Source of the DNA: a virus
Taxonomy: Duplodnaviria > Caudoviricetes
IMG/VR virus record: IMGVR_UViG_3300032254_000254
Coordinates: 1 to 34,184 of that record
Length of the DNA: 34,184 nt
Direction: 5' to 3' (one strand)
The position numbers were made by a program, and so were the translations under genes. Of the stretch, positions 15,934 through 25,004 are shown piece after piece. The notes below the pieces were generated by a model. It did no database searches. It was not told the DNA's origin and was given only the letters and a program-made list of their open reading frames with translations. The first letter of the stretch is position 1; each line of letters begins with the position of its first letter.

Positions 15934-16245
15934 ATGTTTGATCGTCTCCCCGCCCGGATCGCTGACAAAATAATCGTCGTCTCGGATAGTGGCTGTTGGC
16001 ATTGGCGACTGAATTGGACCTCGGGCAACGGTTACTCGAAATGCCGGTTCGAGGGTGCCACCTGGATGGTCCATCGGTTGATCTACACCTTGCTAGTCGA
16101 CGAGATACCCGAGGGACGCGTTCTCGATCATCTGTGCCGCAACCGGGCGTGTTGCAATCCTGAACATTTGGAACCCGTGACGACTGCCGAGAATGTTCGA
16201 CGCGGTGAAGCAATCTTATTTGAAGGGGAAAGCCGGTGCGTTTAA
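15934..16245 (+). CDS. HNH endonuclease
   Basis: GCWHW, VHRLIY, LDHLCRNRACCNPEHLEPVTTAEN. Confidence 0.9.
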   Translation: MFDRLPARIADKIIVVSDSGCWHWRLNWTSGNGYSKCRFEGATWMVHRLIYTLLVDEIPEGRVLDHLCRNRACCNPEHLEPVTTAENVRRGEAILFEGESRCV

Positions 16246-16673
16246 ACGACGTCGAAATTGCACTCGTCGAAGCAACTTGGACATTGCGCCGATTGCCTGA
16301 TCCTGAACGGGCGGTTCTTTATCGCTCAAACACCTATTGGCCTGAATACGGATACGACTACCCCGGCGCAGGCGATCCGAACGGACTTTACAAAAACGAA
16401 CCGTCCAAGTTCTCGAGGCCGACGGCTACCGAGATAGACGACATGCAACCGGCTCTCGATCTTTTGCACCGACTGCCTGATCTGGACGATCGTCGTCTCG
16501 TGTTTTGGGCCGCGTGGCACCAATGCGGCGAACCGGGAGGTCGCGTTCCGTGGGCAAGGGTGCGCAGGGCGCTAAAGGTCGACTTGTCACGTTGGACGCT
16601 CAAGCGTCGGTATGTCGAAGCTCTCGATCGGATTGTAACTAACATTTCAACTTTGGAGAAAACCCATGTCTGA
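16236..16673 (+). CDS. DUF6362-like putative late-gene regulator
   Basis: EATWTLRRLP, WPEY, RPTATEIDDM, RRLVFWAA, PWARV...TLKRRYVEAL (C-terminal HTH); occupies the Q position. Confidence 0.6.
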   Translation: MRLNDVEIALVEATWTLRRLPDPERAVLYRSNTYWPEYGYDYPGAGDPNGLYKNEPSKFSRPTATEIDDMQPALDLLHRLPDLDDRRLVFWAAWHQCGEPGGRVPWARVRRALKVDLSRWTLKRRYVEALDRIVTNISTLEKTHV

Positions 16674-16884
16674 AAAACTGGACGCGGCGACAGTGATCGC
16701 CAAATTGGAAATGGCACGACAACAAAAAGGTGTGCGCCGGGATGCACTAGCCAAACAAACGGGGTATTCGGGAGGCACGCTCGCAAACATGGTTAAGCGC
16801 CCCGGTAGCGCAAAGTTATCGCTTATTACCGACGTTGCGGAAGCCCTCGGCGTTCAAGTAATCGTGGAAGTGAAACCTATTTAG
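16666..16884 (+). CDS. Small XRE-family HTH protein
   Basis: LEMARQQKGVRRDALAKQTGYSGGTLANMV...LSLITDVAEALG. Confidence 0.8.
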   Translation: MSEKLDAATVIAKLEMARQQKGVRRDALAKQTGYSGGTLANMVKRPGSAKLSLITDVAEALGVQVIVEVKPI

Positions 16885-16893
16885 TGGAAAAAG

Positions 16894-16927
16894 CACAATA
16901 TTTTGTATATCTGCACAAAATATTGTG
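16894..16927. promoter_or_regulatory. Perfect 13-bp inverted repeat upstream of the late operon
   Basis: CACAATATTTTGT-atatctgc-ACAAAATATTGTG. Confidence 0.6.
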
Positions 16928-16995
16928 GGTGCTATTTTTCCTTGCACCCTCATGTGTCAATATTGGCCCAATTATTCATAAACTAGCGAAGTTCT

Positions 16996-17025
16996 GCCCG
17001 GATCGATTGTTCGACCGGGTTTTTT
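16996..17025 (+). terminator. Intrinsic terminator just upstream of terS
   Basis: GCCCGGaTCGA-ttgt-TCGACCGGGT followed by TTTTT. Confidence 0.65.
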
Positions 17026-17043
17026 GCATTTTCGGGAAATCCA

Positions 17044-17472
17044 GTGGCTAACAAAACCAAACGCAGCGCAAAACGGGTTAAAATCATCCTTGACGCGCTC
17101 CGCGACGGCTCCCGCGTTGAAGACGCTGCGGCAGCGGCAGGCGTTGGCCGGACCACGTTGCACGATTGGCGGCGCGACGATGAAGACCTCGAGAAAGAGG
17201 TTCAAGCCGCGATGAAAGAAGGGTGCGAAGCCCTCGAGGACGAAGCCCTTCGCCGCGCAGTTCACGGCACAAAGAAGCCCGTAGGATTTCACCTCGGCGA
17301 ACACGGCGGCACCTTCGTCGATGAATACAGTGACACGCTTTTGATGTTCATTCTCAAGGCGCGGAACCCTGAAAAATACCGCGAGAATGTGAAGCTAGAG
17401 CACACCGGCCCCGGAGGCGCAGCACTTGTCCCAGTTATCAACCTCACCGTTGGACCTGAAACTCCATCTTAA
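17044..17472 (+). CDS. terS: Terminase small subunit
   Basis: HTH (AAAAAGVGRTTLHDWR), LEDEALRRAVHG, YSDTLLMFILKARNPEKYR; directly upstream of terL. Confidence 0.85.
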   Translation: MANKTKRSAKRVKIILDALRDGSRVEDAAAAAGVGRTTLHDWRRDDEDLEKEVQAAMKEGCEALEDEALRRAVHGTKKPVGFHLGEHGGTFVDEYSDTLLMFILKARNPEKYRENVKLEHTGPGGAALVPVINLTVGPETPS

Positions 17473-18904
17473 ACAGCATACGGCCCTAACGTCTCCGGCG
17501 ACGGAACTTCTTTACGGCGGCGCGGCAGGCGGCGGCAAAAGTCACTTGATGCGGGTTGCTTCGGTATTGTGGGCGTCCGAGATACCGGGCTTGCAAATCT
17601 ATCTATTCAGGCGGCAGCGGCCGGACCTGATCAAGAACCATGTTGAAGGGCCGAACGGCTACCGCGAAATGCTCGCGCAGTGGGAAAATGACGGCCTCGT
17701 CAAGATTGTCGAAGACGAAATCCGCTTTTGGAACGGGTCGAAAATCTACCTTTGCCACTGCAAGGACGAAAAAGACCGGTTTAACTACCAGGGCGCAGAA
17801 ATCCACGTCCTGCTAATCGACGAGCTAACGCACTTTACTGAAACCATGTACCGCTATTTGCGCGGTCGGGTTCGGATGGTCGGGATTAACCTTCCCGAGA
17901 AATATGCGGGTATGTTCCCGCGCATCATCGCAGGGACGAACCCCGGCGGGCGCGGTCACGTCTGGGTAAAACAATCGTTTGTTGATTTCGCCGCACCGAT
18001 GGCGATCACGAAAACGCCCGATATCGAAGGCGGCATGTTACGGCAGTATATCCCCGCACTTCTCGAGGATAACCCCTCGATGGCGGAAAACGACCCACTA
18101 TACGAGGCCCGACTTGCGGGGCTTGGATCGGCGGAACTTGTCAGGGCCATGCGTCACGGCGATTGGGACATTGTCGAGGGTGCGTTTTTCGACAATTGGA
18201 CGTCTGATCTTGTGATCAAGCCGTTTGCGATCCCGAAACACTGGACCCGCTTCCGGTCGTTCGATTGGGGGAGCGCGAGGCCGTTTTCCTGCGGTTGGTG
18301 GGCTGTTGCAAGCGAACCGATCATGTCGAGCACCGGGATTATTCCCCGGGGTGCGATGATCCGTTACCGCGAATGGTACGGTGTCAAAAAAGACCCTGTG
18401 ACCGGCATCGTGAAACCGAACGTCGGGCTCAAGATGAACGCGCAGCTTGTCGCTATCGGCATTAAAGCCCGCGAAAAGGGCGACAAAATTGCTTACGGCG
18501 TGGCGGACCCGGCGATCTTCTCGGAAGACGGCGGACCCTCGATCGCAAAGCGCATGAAAGAAAAAGGGATCAGTTGGAAGCGGGCAGACAATGCCCGTGT
18601 TGCCCGAGCGGGTGCAATGGGCGGTTGGGATCAACTGCGTGCCCGGATCGACGGCGAGGACGAAAGGCCAATGATCTATTGCTTTGATACTTGCCGCGAC
18701 AGTATCCGCACCATACCGGCGCTTATGCACGACGAGGCGAGGGCCGAAGACCTGGACACAAACGCAGAAGATCACGCGGCTGACGAATGGCGATACGGCT
18801 GCATGAGCCGACCTTACGAGGCTCCGTCACCGGATGCGAAAACGAAACCGCGCAAAGATTATGACCTTGAAAATGAAGAATTGGACGATTGGCGAACCGC
18901 ATGA
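17426..18904 (+). CDS. terL: Terminase large subunit
   Basis: LYGGAAGGGKS, LLIDELTHF, GTNPGG, SFDWG, EDHAADEWRY. Confidence 0.95.
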   Translation: MSQLSTSPLDLKLHLKQHTALTSPATELLYGGAAGGGKSHLMRVASVLWASEIPGLQIYLFRRQRPDLIKNHVEGPNGYREMLAQWENDGLVKIVEDEIRFWNGSKIYLCHCKDEKDRFNYQGAEIHVLLIDELTHFTETMYRYLRGRVRMVGINLPEKYAGMFPRIIAGTNPGGRGHVWVKQSFVDFAAPMAITKTPDIEGGMLRQYIPALLEDNPSMAENDPLYEARLAGLGSAELVRAMRHGDWDIVEGAFFDNWTSDLVIKPFAIPKHWTRFRSFDWGSARPFSCGWWAVASEPIMSSTGIIPRGAMIRYREWYGVKKDPVTGIVKPNVGLKMNAQLVAIGIKAREKGDKIAYGVADPAIFSEDGGPSIAKRMKEKGISWKRADNARVARAGAMGGWDQLRARIDGEDERPMIYCFDTCRDSIRTIPALMHDEARAEDLDTNAEDHAADEWRYGCMSRPYEAPSPDAKTKPRKDYDLENEELDDWRTA

Positions 18905-20679
18905 GCGATGAAAGATTGACAAAATTGGTCGGCTGGTTCGAGAACGCCGAGGATGCAAGTCAGGACGCTCGTACTCTGTCCGAGCGTGACCGCGACTATT
19001 ACGACGGCAAACAGTGGACTGACGACGAAATCGCGACCCTGCAAACCCGCAAACAGCCGATTGTTACCCGTAACCGGATTAAGCCGAAGGTTGACGCCTT
19101 ATGCGGTCTTGAGCGGGCGCAGCGGACAGACCCGAAAGCGTGGCCCCGCAACCCGTCAGACGAAGCCGAGGCAACAGCCGCCGCGAAATCACTGCGTTTT
19201 GTCGCTGACAATGTGAAGTTTGACCGCTTACGGTCCCGCGCCTGGAAAGACCTACTTGTCGAAGGTATTGCGGCCGTTATTTTCTCGGTCAAAGTCCTAA
19301 AAAATGGCAAGAAAGAGATTGTTTGCGCCCGTATCGCTTGGGACCGCTTCTTTTACGACCCGGCGAGTTCAGACGAAGATTTCGAGGACGCGCTTTATCT
19401 CGGCGAAGTCCTTTGGATGGATTACGAGGACGCAAAAACCCGCTTTAAATCCGCTGAAAAAGCCCTGACTGATACCATGAATTCGGCCCCGACAGGTGAC
19501 GACACCTACGAGGACAAGCCCAAGTTTAACCAGTGGGCCGACCGGAACCGTAAGCGTATTCGGATCGTTCGCATGTTTTACCGTGAGGGCGACCAGTGGC
19601 GCGAGGCTGTTTTCACTCAGTCCGGCGTGATTAGTGACAAAGAACTGATTTTCACGGACGAAAACGGCGAGAGCTTTCACCCTGTCGTTGCACGTTCGGC
19701 CTTCGTTGACCGCGATAACAATCGTTACGGCATGATGCGTCAATCGATTTCGCCGCAAGACGAGGTGAACAAGCGCGGTTCGAAACTGTTGCACCATTTG
19801 AGCGTGCGCCAAATCAGGATTGACCCGTCGGCGAAGCACCGGGCGGCGAAAATCCGTGCTGAACTCAAAAAGCCGGACGGCGTGATCGAAGCCGAGGCCG
19901 GGGATTTTGAAATCCTCGATCAAAGCGATTTTACAATCGGTCAGGCGCAGCTTTTACAGGAAGCGAAAGACGAAATCGATGCAACCGGCGTAAATCCGAC
20001 GTTGCAAGGCAAAGCCGAAGGCGGATTGTCCGGCCGGGCTATCCAGGCACAGCAACAAGCCGGAATGCTCGAACTCGGTCCAATGCTCGAGGGCCGTCAA
20101 AGCTTCAACGAGCGGTGTTACCGCATCATGTGGAACCTGATCCGCCAGTTTTGGACCGAAGAACGGTGGGTTCGTGTGACAGACGCGCAGGGCAAACCGG
20201 AATTCGTTGGGCTTAACCGCCCGCTGACAAACCGCGAGCTATTGGAGCGTGAATTTGGCGAAGTGCCGCCCGAAGTTGATCTCATGCCAAACGCCGATAA
20301 TCCGGCGATTGTGAACGGGCAGCCTGTTCTTGAAAATCGCCTCGCTGAATTGGATATCGATATTATCGTTGAAGACGGGGTCGACGTATCCACGTTGCAG
20401 GGCGAACAGTTCGACGCGCTCGTGAGTTCCGGCGTACTGAACGCCCTTGTCGCGGTCGATCCGCGCTTGGTGGTCGAGCTTATGCCGAACCTGCCGGACA
20501 AACAGCGCATTCTCGACCTTCTCGAAGGCGGAGACGATGAAAATGCGCAAGCACAGGCGCAACTCGGTCAAGCGGTTCAACAACTCGAACTCGCAAAAGC
20601 CGACGCCGACGTGAAAGAAACGGCCTCTAAAGCCGCGCTGAATATGGCGAAGGCACAGAAAGAGGCAATTACAGTTTAG
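18901..20679 (+). CDS. Portal protein (P22-like)
   Basis: DRDYYDGKQW, NRIKPKVD, QDEVNKRGSK, IRQFWTEERWVRVT, C-terminal helical extension; start ATG 18901 (ATGA overlap). Confidence 0.9.
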   Translation: MSDERLTKLVGWFENAEDASQDARTLSERDRDYYDGKQWTDDEIATLQTRKQPIVTRNRIKPKVDALCGLERAQRTDPKAWPRNPSDEAEATAAAKSLRFVADNVKFDRLRSRAWKDLLVEGIAAVIFSVKVLKNGKKEIVCARIAWDRFFYDPASSDEDFEDALYLGEVLWMDYEDAKTRFKSAEKALTDTMNSAPTGDDTYEDKPKFNQWADRNRKRIRIVRMFYREGDQWREAVFTQSGVISDKELIFTDENGESFHPVVARSAFVDRDNNRYGMMRQSISPQDEVNKRGSKLLHHLSVRQIRIDPSAKHRAAKIRAELKKPDGVIEAEAGDFEILDQSDFTIGQAQLLQEAKDEIDATGVNPTLQGKAEGGLSGRAIQAQQQAGMLELGPMLEGRQSFNERCYRIMWNLIRQFWTEERWVRVTDAQGKPEFVGLNRPLTNRELLEREFGEVPPEVDLMPNADNPAIVNGQPVLENRLAELDIDIIVEDGVDVSTLQGEQFDALVSSGVLNALVAVDPRLVVELMPNLPDKQRILDLLEGGDDENAQAQAQLGQAVQQLELAKADADVKETASKAALNMAKAQKEAITV

Positions 20680-20703
20680 AAACCGTTGCCTTTTGGCAGC
20701 GCG

Positions 20704-20731
20704 AAGGCGATCCGTTTGGATCGCCTTTTTT
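20704..20731 (+). terminator. Intrinsic terminator after portal
   Basis: AAGGCGATCC-gttt-GGATCGCCTT followed by TTTT. Confidence 0.75.
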
Positions 20732-20806
20732 CGTTTCACCAGGAGCCGCCATCCTTTGAAGGGCGTTACAGGCCGCCGCTGATCGGGCGTAACTGAGAGA
20801 AAATCA

Positions 20807-21595
20807 ATGACTGACGAAGTTGAAAAAACCGACCTTGACGAATTCCTTAATGGGGATGAAACACCTACGCCGGAGCCCGCGCCGGAGCCCGAAGCTGACG
20901 AAAAACCAGCCGAGGCAAGCAAAGACGATGACGCGGAAGGGGCTGACGATAAGCCCGATGAAACCCCCAAGGGCGATGAAGACAAAGACGATACGACGCC
21001 GGTATCGCGAGAGGAATTTGAGGGAGTTAAGAAGGCTTTGCTCGAGGAACGACGGAAACGTCAAGAACTCGAAAAAACGCCTGAACCCGCACCGGAACCG
21101 GAGCCACTACCCGACCCCGTAGAAGACCCTGACGGGTTTGCGGCGGCCGTTGAAGCCCGCGCAGAAGCGAAAGCCAATGCCAAGTTTCAGCAAGCCGAAG
21201 CTGACCGCGTCAACCAGTCTGAACAACGGGCACGGGCAGCGCACTCGGATTTCGACGAAGTAGCAAAAAACTTTTTCGAAGCGGCACAACTTAACCCCGC
21301 CCTAGCCGACGAAGTGCGTCAAGCACCCGATCCGGCTGAGAAAGCCTATGAAATCGGCAAGCGGATCGCGCAGATGAACGAGATCGGCGACCCCGAAGCT
21401 TACAAGGCGAAACTCAAGGCCGAAGCCTTAGCAGAATTGGAAGCGGAAAAAGCTGGAAAGCAGAAAGCCGACGAAGACGAAGCCCTCAAGGATCAACTTC
21501 CCGAAGACCTCACGGGTGTCGCGAGCGATGCTTCGCTCCGCTCTAAAAGCGGTGCGGGAGCAAAAGACGAAAGTCTCGACGATATCCTAAAGTAA
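20807..21595 (+). CDS. Scaffolding protein
   Basis: Acidic/proline-rich N-terminus, coiled coils (ALLEERRKRQELE), PDPAEKAYEIGK; lies between portal and capsid. Confidence 0.8.
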   Translation: MTDEVEKTDLDEFLNGDETPTPEPAPEPEADEKPAEASKDDDAEGADDKPDETPKGDEDKDDTTPVSREEFEGVKKALLEERRKRQELEKTPEPAPEPEPLPDPVEDPDGFAAAVEARAEAKANAKFQQAEADRVNQSEQRARAAHSDFDEVAKNFFEAAQLNPALADEVRQAPDPAEKAYEIGKRIAQMNEIGDPEAYKAKLKAEALAELEAEKAGKQKADEDEALKDQLPEDLTGVASDASLRSKSGAGAKDESLDDILK

Positions 21596-21619
21596 ACCCA
21601 ATTTTAGGAGCCTAAAACA

Positions 21620-22705
21620 ATGGCTGATACAACCATTGCAACAGCAAATCGCGTCAAACAGTGGGACAGTAATTTTTTCAAATCCTATGTTCGCGCGAAC
21701 CGCTTCAAGAAGTACATGGGTACTTCGACAAATGCGATCATCCAGGTTATCGAAAACCTGACTAAACAGAAGGGCGACGCGATCACCGTGCCGCTTGTTG
21801 GTGCCCTCGATGACAGTGCGGGCGCGAACGACGGTTCTTCTGACCTGGTCGGCAACGAAAAAGCACTCCCCAACGACGGACACCAAATCACGGTTGCTGT
21901 TGTACGGGACGCTGTTGTTGTCAACATGGAAGAAGAACAGGCGTCGCCGGTTGATATCCGCAACGCGGGTAAAGATGCGCTCAAGACGCTTGCTATGCGC
22001 TATCTGCGCACGGCGATCACGAATGCACTGCATTCAATCGACGGCGTGAACTACGGTTCTGCGACCGAAGGCAACAAAGACACTTGGCTGACTAATAACA
22101 GCGACCGGGTTTTATTTGGTGCGGATATCGGTAATCAGGTGGGCGGCGACCACTCGGCATCGCTTCTGACTGTTGACGCGACGAATGATAAGCTGAACAA
22201 GGCGCTTGTTTCCAAAATCCGCCGTATGGCGCAGGAAGCAGACACCGCGAACAGCGACGGCATTCGTCCGCACAGCTACGGTGAAGATGAAGAAACCTTC
22301 ATCCTGTTCGTTGGTTCTCGCGCTTTCCGCGATTTGAAAGCGGATATGAACACGGTTTTGACTGACGCTGAAAAACGCGGCAAGTCGAACCCGCTGTTCC
22401 GTGGCGGTATCGATCTCTATTGGGACGGTGTTGTTGTCCGCGAGATCAAGGAAATTCCAGTCCTTGCCGGTGTTGGCGCGGCTGCGGCCGATGTTGAGCC
22501 GATGTTTCTCTGTGGTGCGCAAGCGATTGGTGTCGCCTGGGCGAAACGCACGAAAACCACGCTCCGCAAAGAAGACGATTATGGCTTCAAACACGGCGTT
22601 GGTTTCTTCGAAATGCGCGGCGTCGAGAAAATCCAGTACGGCACGTCTACCCCGATCGACTGGGGTGTGGTGACGGGCTACGTTGCGGCTGCCGCTGACG
22701 CGTAA
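21620..22705 (+). CDS. Major capsid protein (N4-gp56 / DUF4043 type)
   Basis: NRFKKYMG...IIQV, LTKQKGDAITVPLV, LVGNEKAL, NPLFRG, FLCGAQAIGVAW, DDYGFKHGVG; strong AGGAG RBS. Confidence 0.88.
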   Translation: MADTTIATANRVKQWDSNFFKSYVRANRFKKYMGTSTNAIIQVIENLTKQKGDAITVPLVGALDDSAGANDGSSDLVGNEKALPNDGHQITVAVVRDAVVVNMEEEQASPVDIRNAGKDALKTLAMRYLRTAITNALHSIDGVNYGSATEGNKDTWLTNNSDRVLFGADIGNQVGGDHSASLLTVDATNDKLNKALVSKIRRMAQEADTANSDGIRPHSYGEDEETFILFVGSRAFRDLKADMNTVLTDAEKRGKSNPLFRGGIDLYWDGVVVREIKEIPVLAGVGAAAADVEPMFLCGAQAIGVAWAKRTKTTLRKEDDYGFKHGVGFFEMRGVEKIQYGTSTPIDWGVVTGYVAAAADA

Positions 22706-22725
22706 TTTCCTCCCGAGCAACTAGA

Positions 22726-22752
22726 GCGGGGCTTCGGCCCCGTTTTCCTTTT
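22726..22752 (+). terminator. Intrinsic terminator after capsid gene (cUUCGg loop)
   Basis: GCGGGGC-TTCG-GCCCCGT followed by TTTCCTTTT. Confidence 0.85.
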
Positions 22753-22773
22753 AACAATTAACGGGGAAATCCC

Positions 22774-23283
22774 ATGTCAGAGATCGACAAAGACCTCGTC
22801 GAAGCAATTGGATTGCTCGACCCGGAAGATAAATCTCACTTTACCGAGGGCGGTGAGCCTAGCTGCAATGCTCTTTCCGAACTTCTCGGCCGTAAAGTGT
22901 CGAAAGATGAACGCAACGCGGCGTTTGCTGCCTTTAAACAGGCTGTCGAAGCTCCTGAAACCGCTGACGATGACGATATGTTCGACATTCCGGCAAGCGG
23001 TCAGGAAGGTACGGACCCGGAGCCCGCTACGGTTCCCGAAACTGCGCCCGAACCAGAAGTGAAGCCTGAACCGAAGGCGAAAAAAGCCACTCCGAAAGCG
23101 AAAGAGCCGGAGGTTGAACCGCGAAGTGAAACTCGCGCTTTTACTTTCACGGGTTCTTATCTCAAAGACGGCTCGACGTCCTGCCGAGGCTATAAATTCG
23201 CCGAGGGCGAAGAAACGCACGTTCCACTAACGGACGAGAGTGCGATCCGCCTGTTTGATAATCACCCGCAGTTTGAGGGCTAA
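22774..23283 (+). CDS. Hypothetical head-region protein
   Basis: N-terminal LDPEDKSHFTEGGEPSCNALSELLG...ERNAAF domain, P/E/K linker, small C-terminal domain. Confidence 0.7.
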   Translation: MSEIDKDLVEAIGLLDPEDKSHFTEGGEPSCNALSELLGRKVSKDERNAAFAAFKQAVEAPETADDDDMFDIPASGQEGTDPEPATVPETAPEPEVKPEPKAKKATPKAKEPEVEPRSETRAFTFTGSYLKDGSTSCRGYKFAEGEETHVPLTDESAIRLFDNHPQFEG

Positions 23284-23286
23284 ACC

Positions 23287-23640
23287 TTGGCTACTCGGCA
23301 AGAAATAATCGATGACGTTCTATTCGAAATGAACGTCATCGAAGCGGGCGACAGTTCTGACGTCACGTCAAGCAACGACGCCGGGAAAGTCATGGACCGT
23401 TATCACGCGCAGCTTGTCGACGAAGGGCATAACACTTGGGGCGCGGCGATAACGGATATGGACGATTACTATCTCGAGCATTTTATCAAGATCGTTGCGT
23501 CCAAATGTGCGCGACTGTTTGGCCTTCCGGCTGATCGCCGCGTTGAATTGAAACAGGAAGCGTTTCTCGCCGATCGTAAGCTTAAAGAACTTGCTCACGC
23601 AGACGATACGCTTGCCGGTTCAGAGATTGAGTATTTCTAA
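23287..23640 (+). CDS. Head-tail adaptor (P22 gp4-like)
   Basis: 117 aa helical protein in gp4 position, ending in EYF. Confidence 0.6.
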   Translation: MATRQEIIDDVLFEMNVIEAGDSSDVTSSNDAGKVMDRYHAQLVDEGHNTWGAAITDMDDYYLEHFIKIVASKCARLFGLPADRRVELKQEAFLADRKLKELAHADDTLAGSEIEYF

Positions 23641-25004
23641 TGGTTCGGAAGACAATCCCACTGTCGACGCAGTACAACAAGCGGGGCGATAACGCCAATG
23701 ATGCGCTTGTGAACATGTACGCGGCACCCGCGCCCGAAGGACGGTCCGGGCTCGATATTTTTGGGATTTCCGGCACGAGAGAATTTTCCGATCTTGCAAC
23801 CTATCCAGGGCGCGGCACCATCCGTATGGGCGGGCTCGTGTATGCTATCACAGGGCAATCGGCATATAAGGTTTCAAGTAACGGCGCAAAAACGGCGCTC
23901 GGTACTATTCCCGGCACAGGTCCGGTTCGTATGGCCCAAAACGGTACTCAGATCGCTTGCGTGAACGGTGCCGGGGATTGCTACATCATCACTGCGTCGA
24001 GTGTGACGCAGATAACCGACCCGGATTACTTGCCTGCGTCTGACGTTGCTTGGCTAGACGGGTATTTAATTTTCACTCGTAAAGACAGCGGAGAGTTTTT
24101 CTATTCGGGCGTTCAGGCACCGACAGAGTTTGACAGCCTCGATTTCGCGACTGCCGAAGGCGCACCGGATAATAACGTCGGCATAATCGTTGACAAGCGC
24201 GAAGCATTGATCGCTGGCACAGAAACAATCGAGGTTTGGCAGAATACGGGGGCACCGTTCGGGCGGGTTGGTGGCGCGTTCATCGAGCGCGGCGTCAAAT
24301 CGCGAGACAGCATGAAGAAGCTCGATAACTCGGTCTTTTTCTTGGGGGATGATCTCGCGGTTTACCGCCTGAACGGATACACACCGCAAGAGATTTCGAC
24401 CGACGTAATAAGTGGTTTGATTGAGCAATCGAACGCGCCGGAGAACGCTATCGGCGACGTTTGGCGCGAGAACGGACAACTGTTTTATTCACTAACGCTT
24501 GATAACTTCACCGGGATTTATAATCTTCGTACCGGTCGTTGGTCGGTTGCAAAGAGCTACGGCTTTAAAAACTGGCGTCGTCGTTTCGTGATCCGGGCAT
24601 TCAATAGAAATCTGTGCCTGGACGCCAAAAACGGCAAGCTTTACGAAATGGACCGGAATTGTTTCCGCGAGGAGGATCAGCCGTTCATCGCTGAAATGGA
24701 TTTCCCGTACGTCCATGCCGAAGATCGGTTCGTATTCGTGGACAAGTTCCGCATGATGATGGAAACCGGCGTCGGGAATGTTTCACAGGCTAACCCGGTC
24801 TTGATGATTTCACTATCGAAAGACGGGGGCCGGACCTTCGGCAACGAACGTCAATTGAATGTCGGACAGGTCGGGCAGCACCGAAAACGTGTTTACGCAA
24901 ACCGGTTCGGTCGTATGCAAAGCGGCCTGTTCCGGGTTTCAATTTCTGATCCGGTAAAAAGGCAGTTTTGGGGCGCGGTATTGGAGGCTGACATTGGCGA
25001 TTGA
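23640..25004 (+). CDS. Packaged-DNA stabilization / tail hub protein (P22 gp10-like)
   Basis: DVAWLDGYLIF, LDFATAEGAPD, TIEVWQNTG, SKDGGRTFGNER, FRVSISDPVK. Confidence 0.88.
   Translation: MVRKTIPLSTQYNKRGDNANDALVNMYAAPAPEGRSGLDIFGISGTREFSDLATYPGRGTIRMGGLVYAITGQSAYKVSSNGAKTALGTIPGTGPVRMAQNGTQIACVNGAGDCYIITASSVTQITDPDYLPASDVAWLDGYLIFTRKDSGEFFYSGVQAPTEFDSLDFATAEGAPDNNVGIIVDKREALIAGTETIEVWQNTGAPFGRVGGAFIERGVKSRDSMKKLDNSVFFLGDDLAVYRLNGYTPQEISTDVISGLIEQSNAPENAIGDVWRENGQLFYSLTLDNFTGIYNLRTGRWSVAKSYGFKNWRRRFVIRAFNRNLCLDAKNGKLYEMDRNCFREEDQPFIAEMDFPYVHAEDRFVFVDKFRMMMETGVGNVSQANPVLMISLSKDGGRTFGNERQLNVGQVGQHRKRVYANRFGRMQSGLFRVSISDPVKRQFWGAVLEADIGD

Noticed and set aside
15582-15941. 119-aa plus-strand ORF over the iteron region
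   Set aside because: Sequence is dictated by the repeats (ANI/EHF/MF), with no recognisable domain.
15934-16245. HNH as an intron-encoded homing endonuclease
   Set aside because: Free-standing with its own RBS; no flanking gene is split.
20239-20985. 248-aa antisense ORF and similar long shadow ORFs (4166-4957, 18098-18775, 22112-22720)
   Set aside because: Antisense to well-supported genes in GC-rich coding DNA; no motifs.
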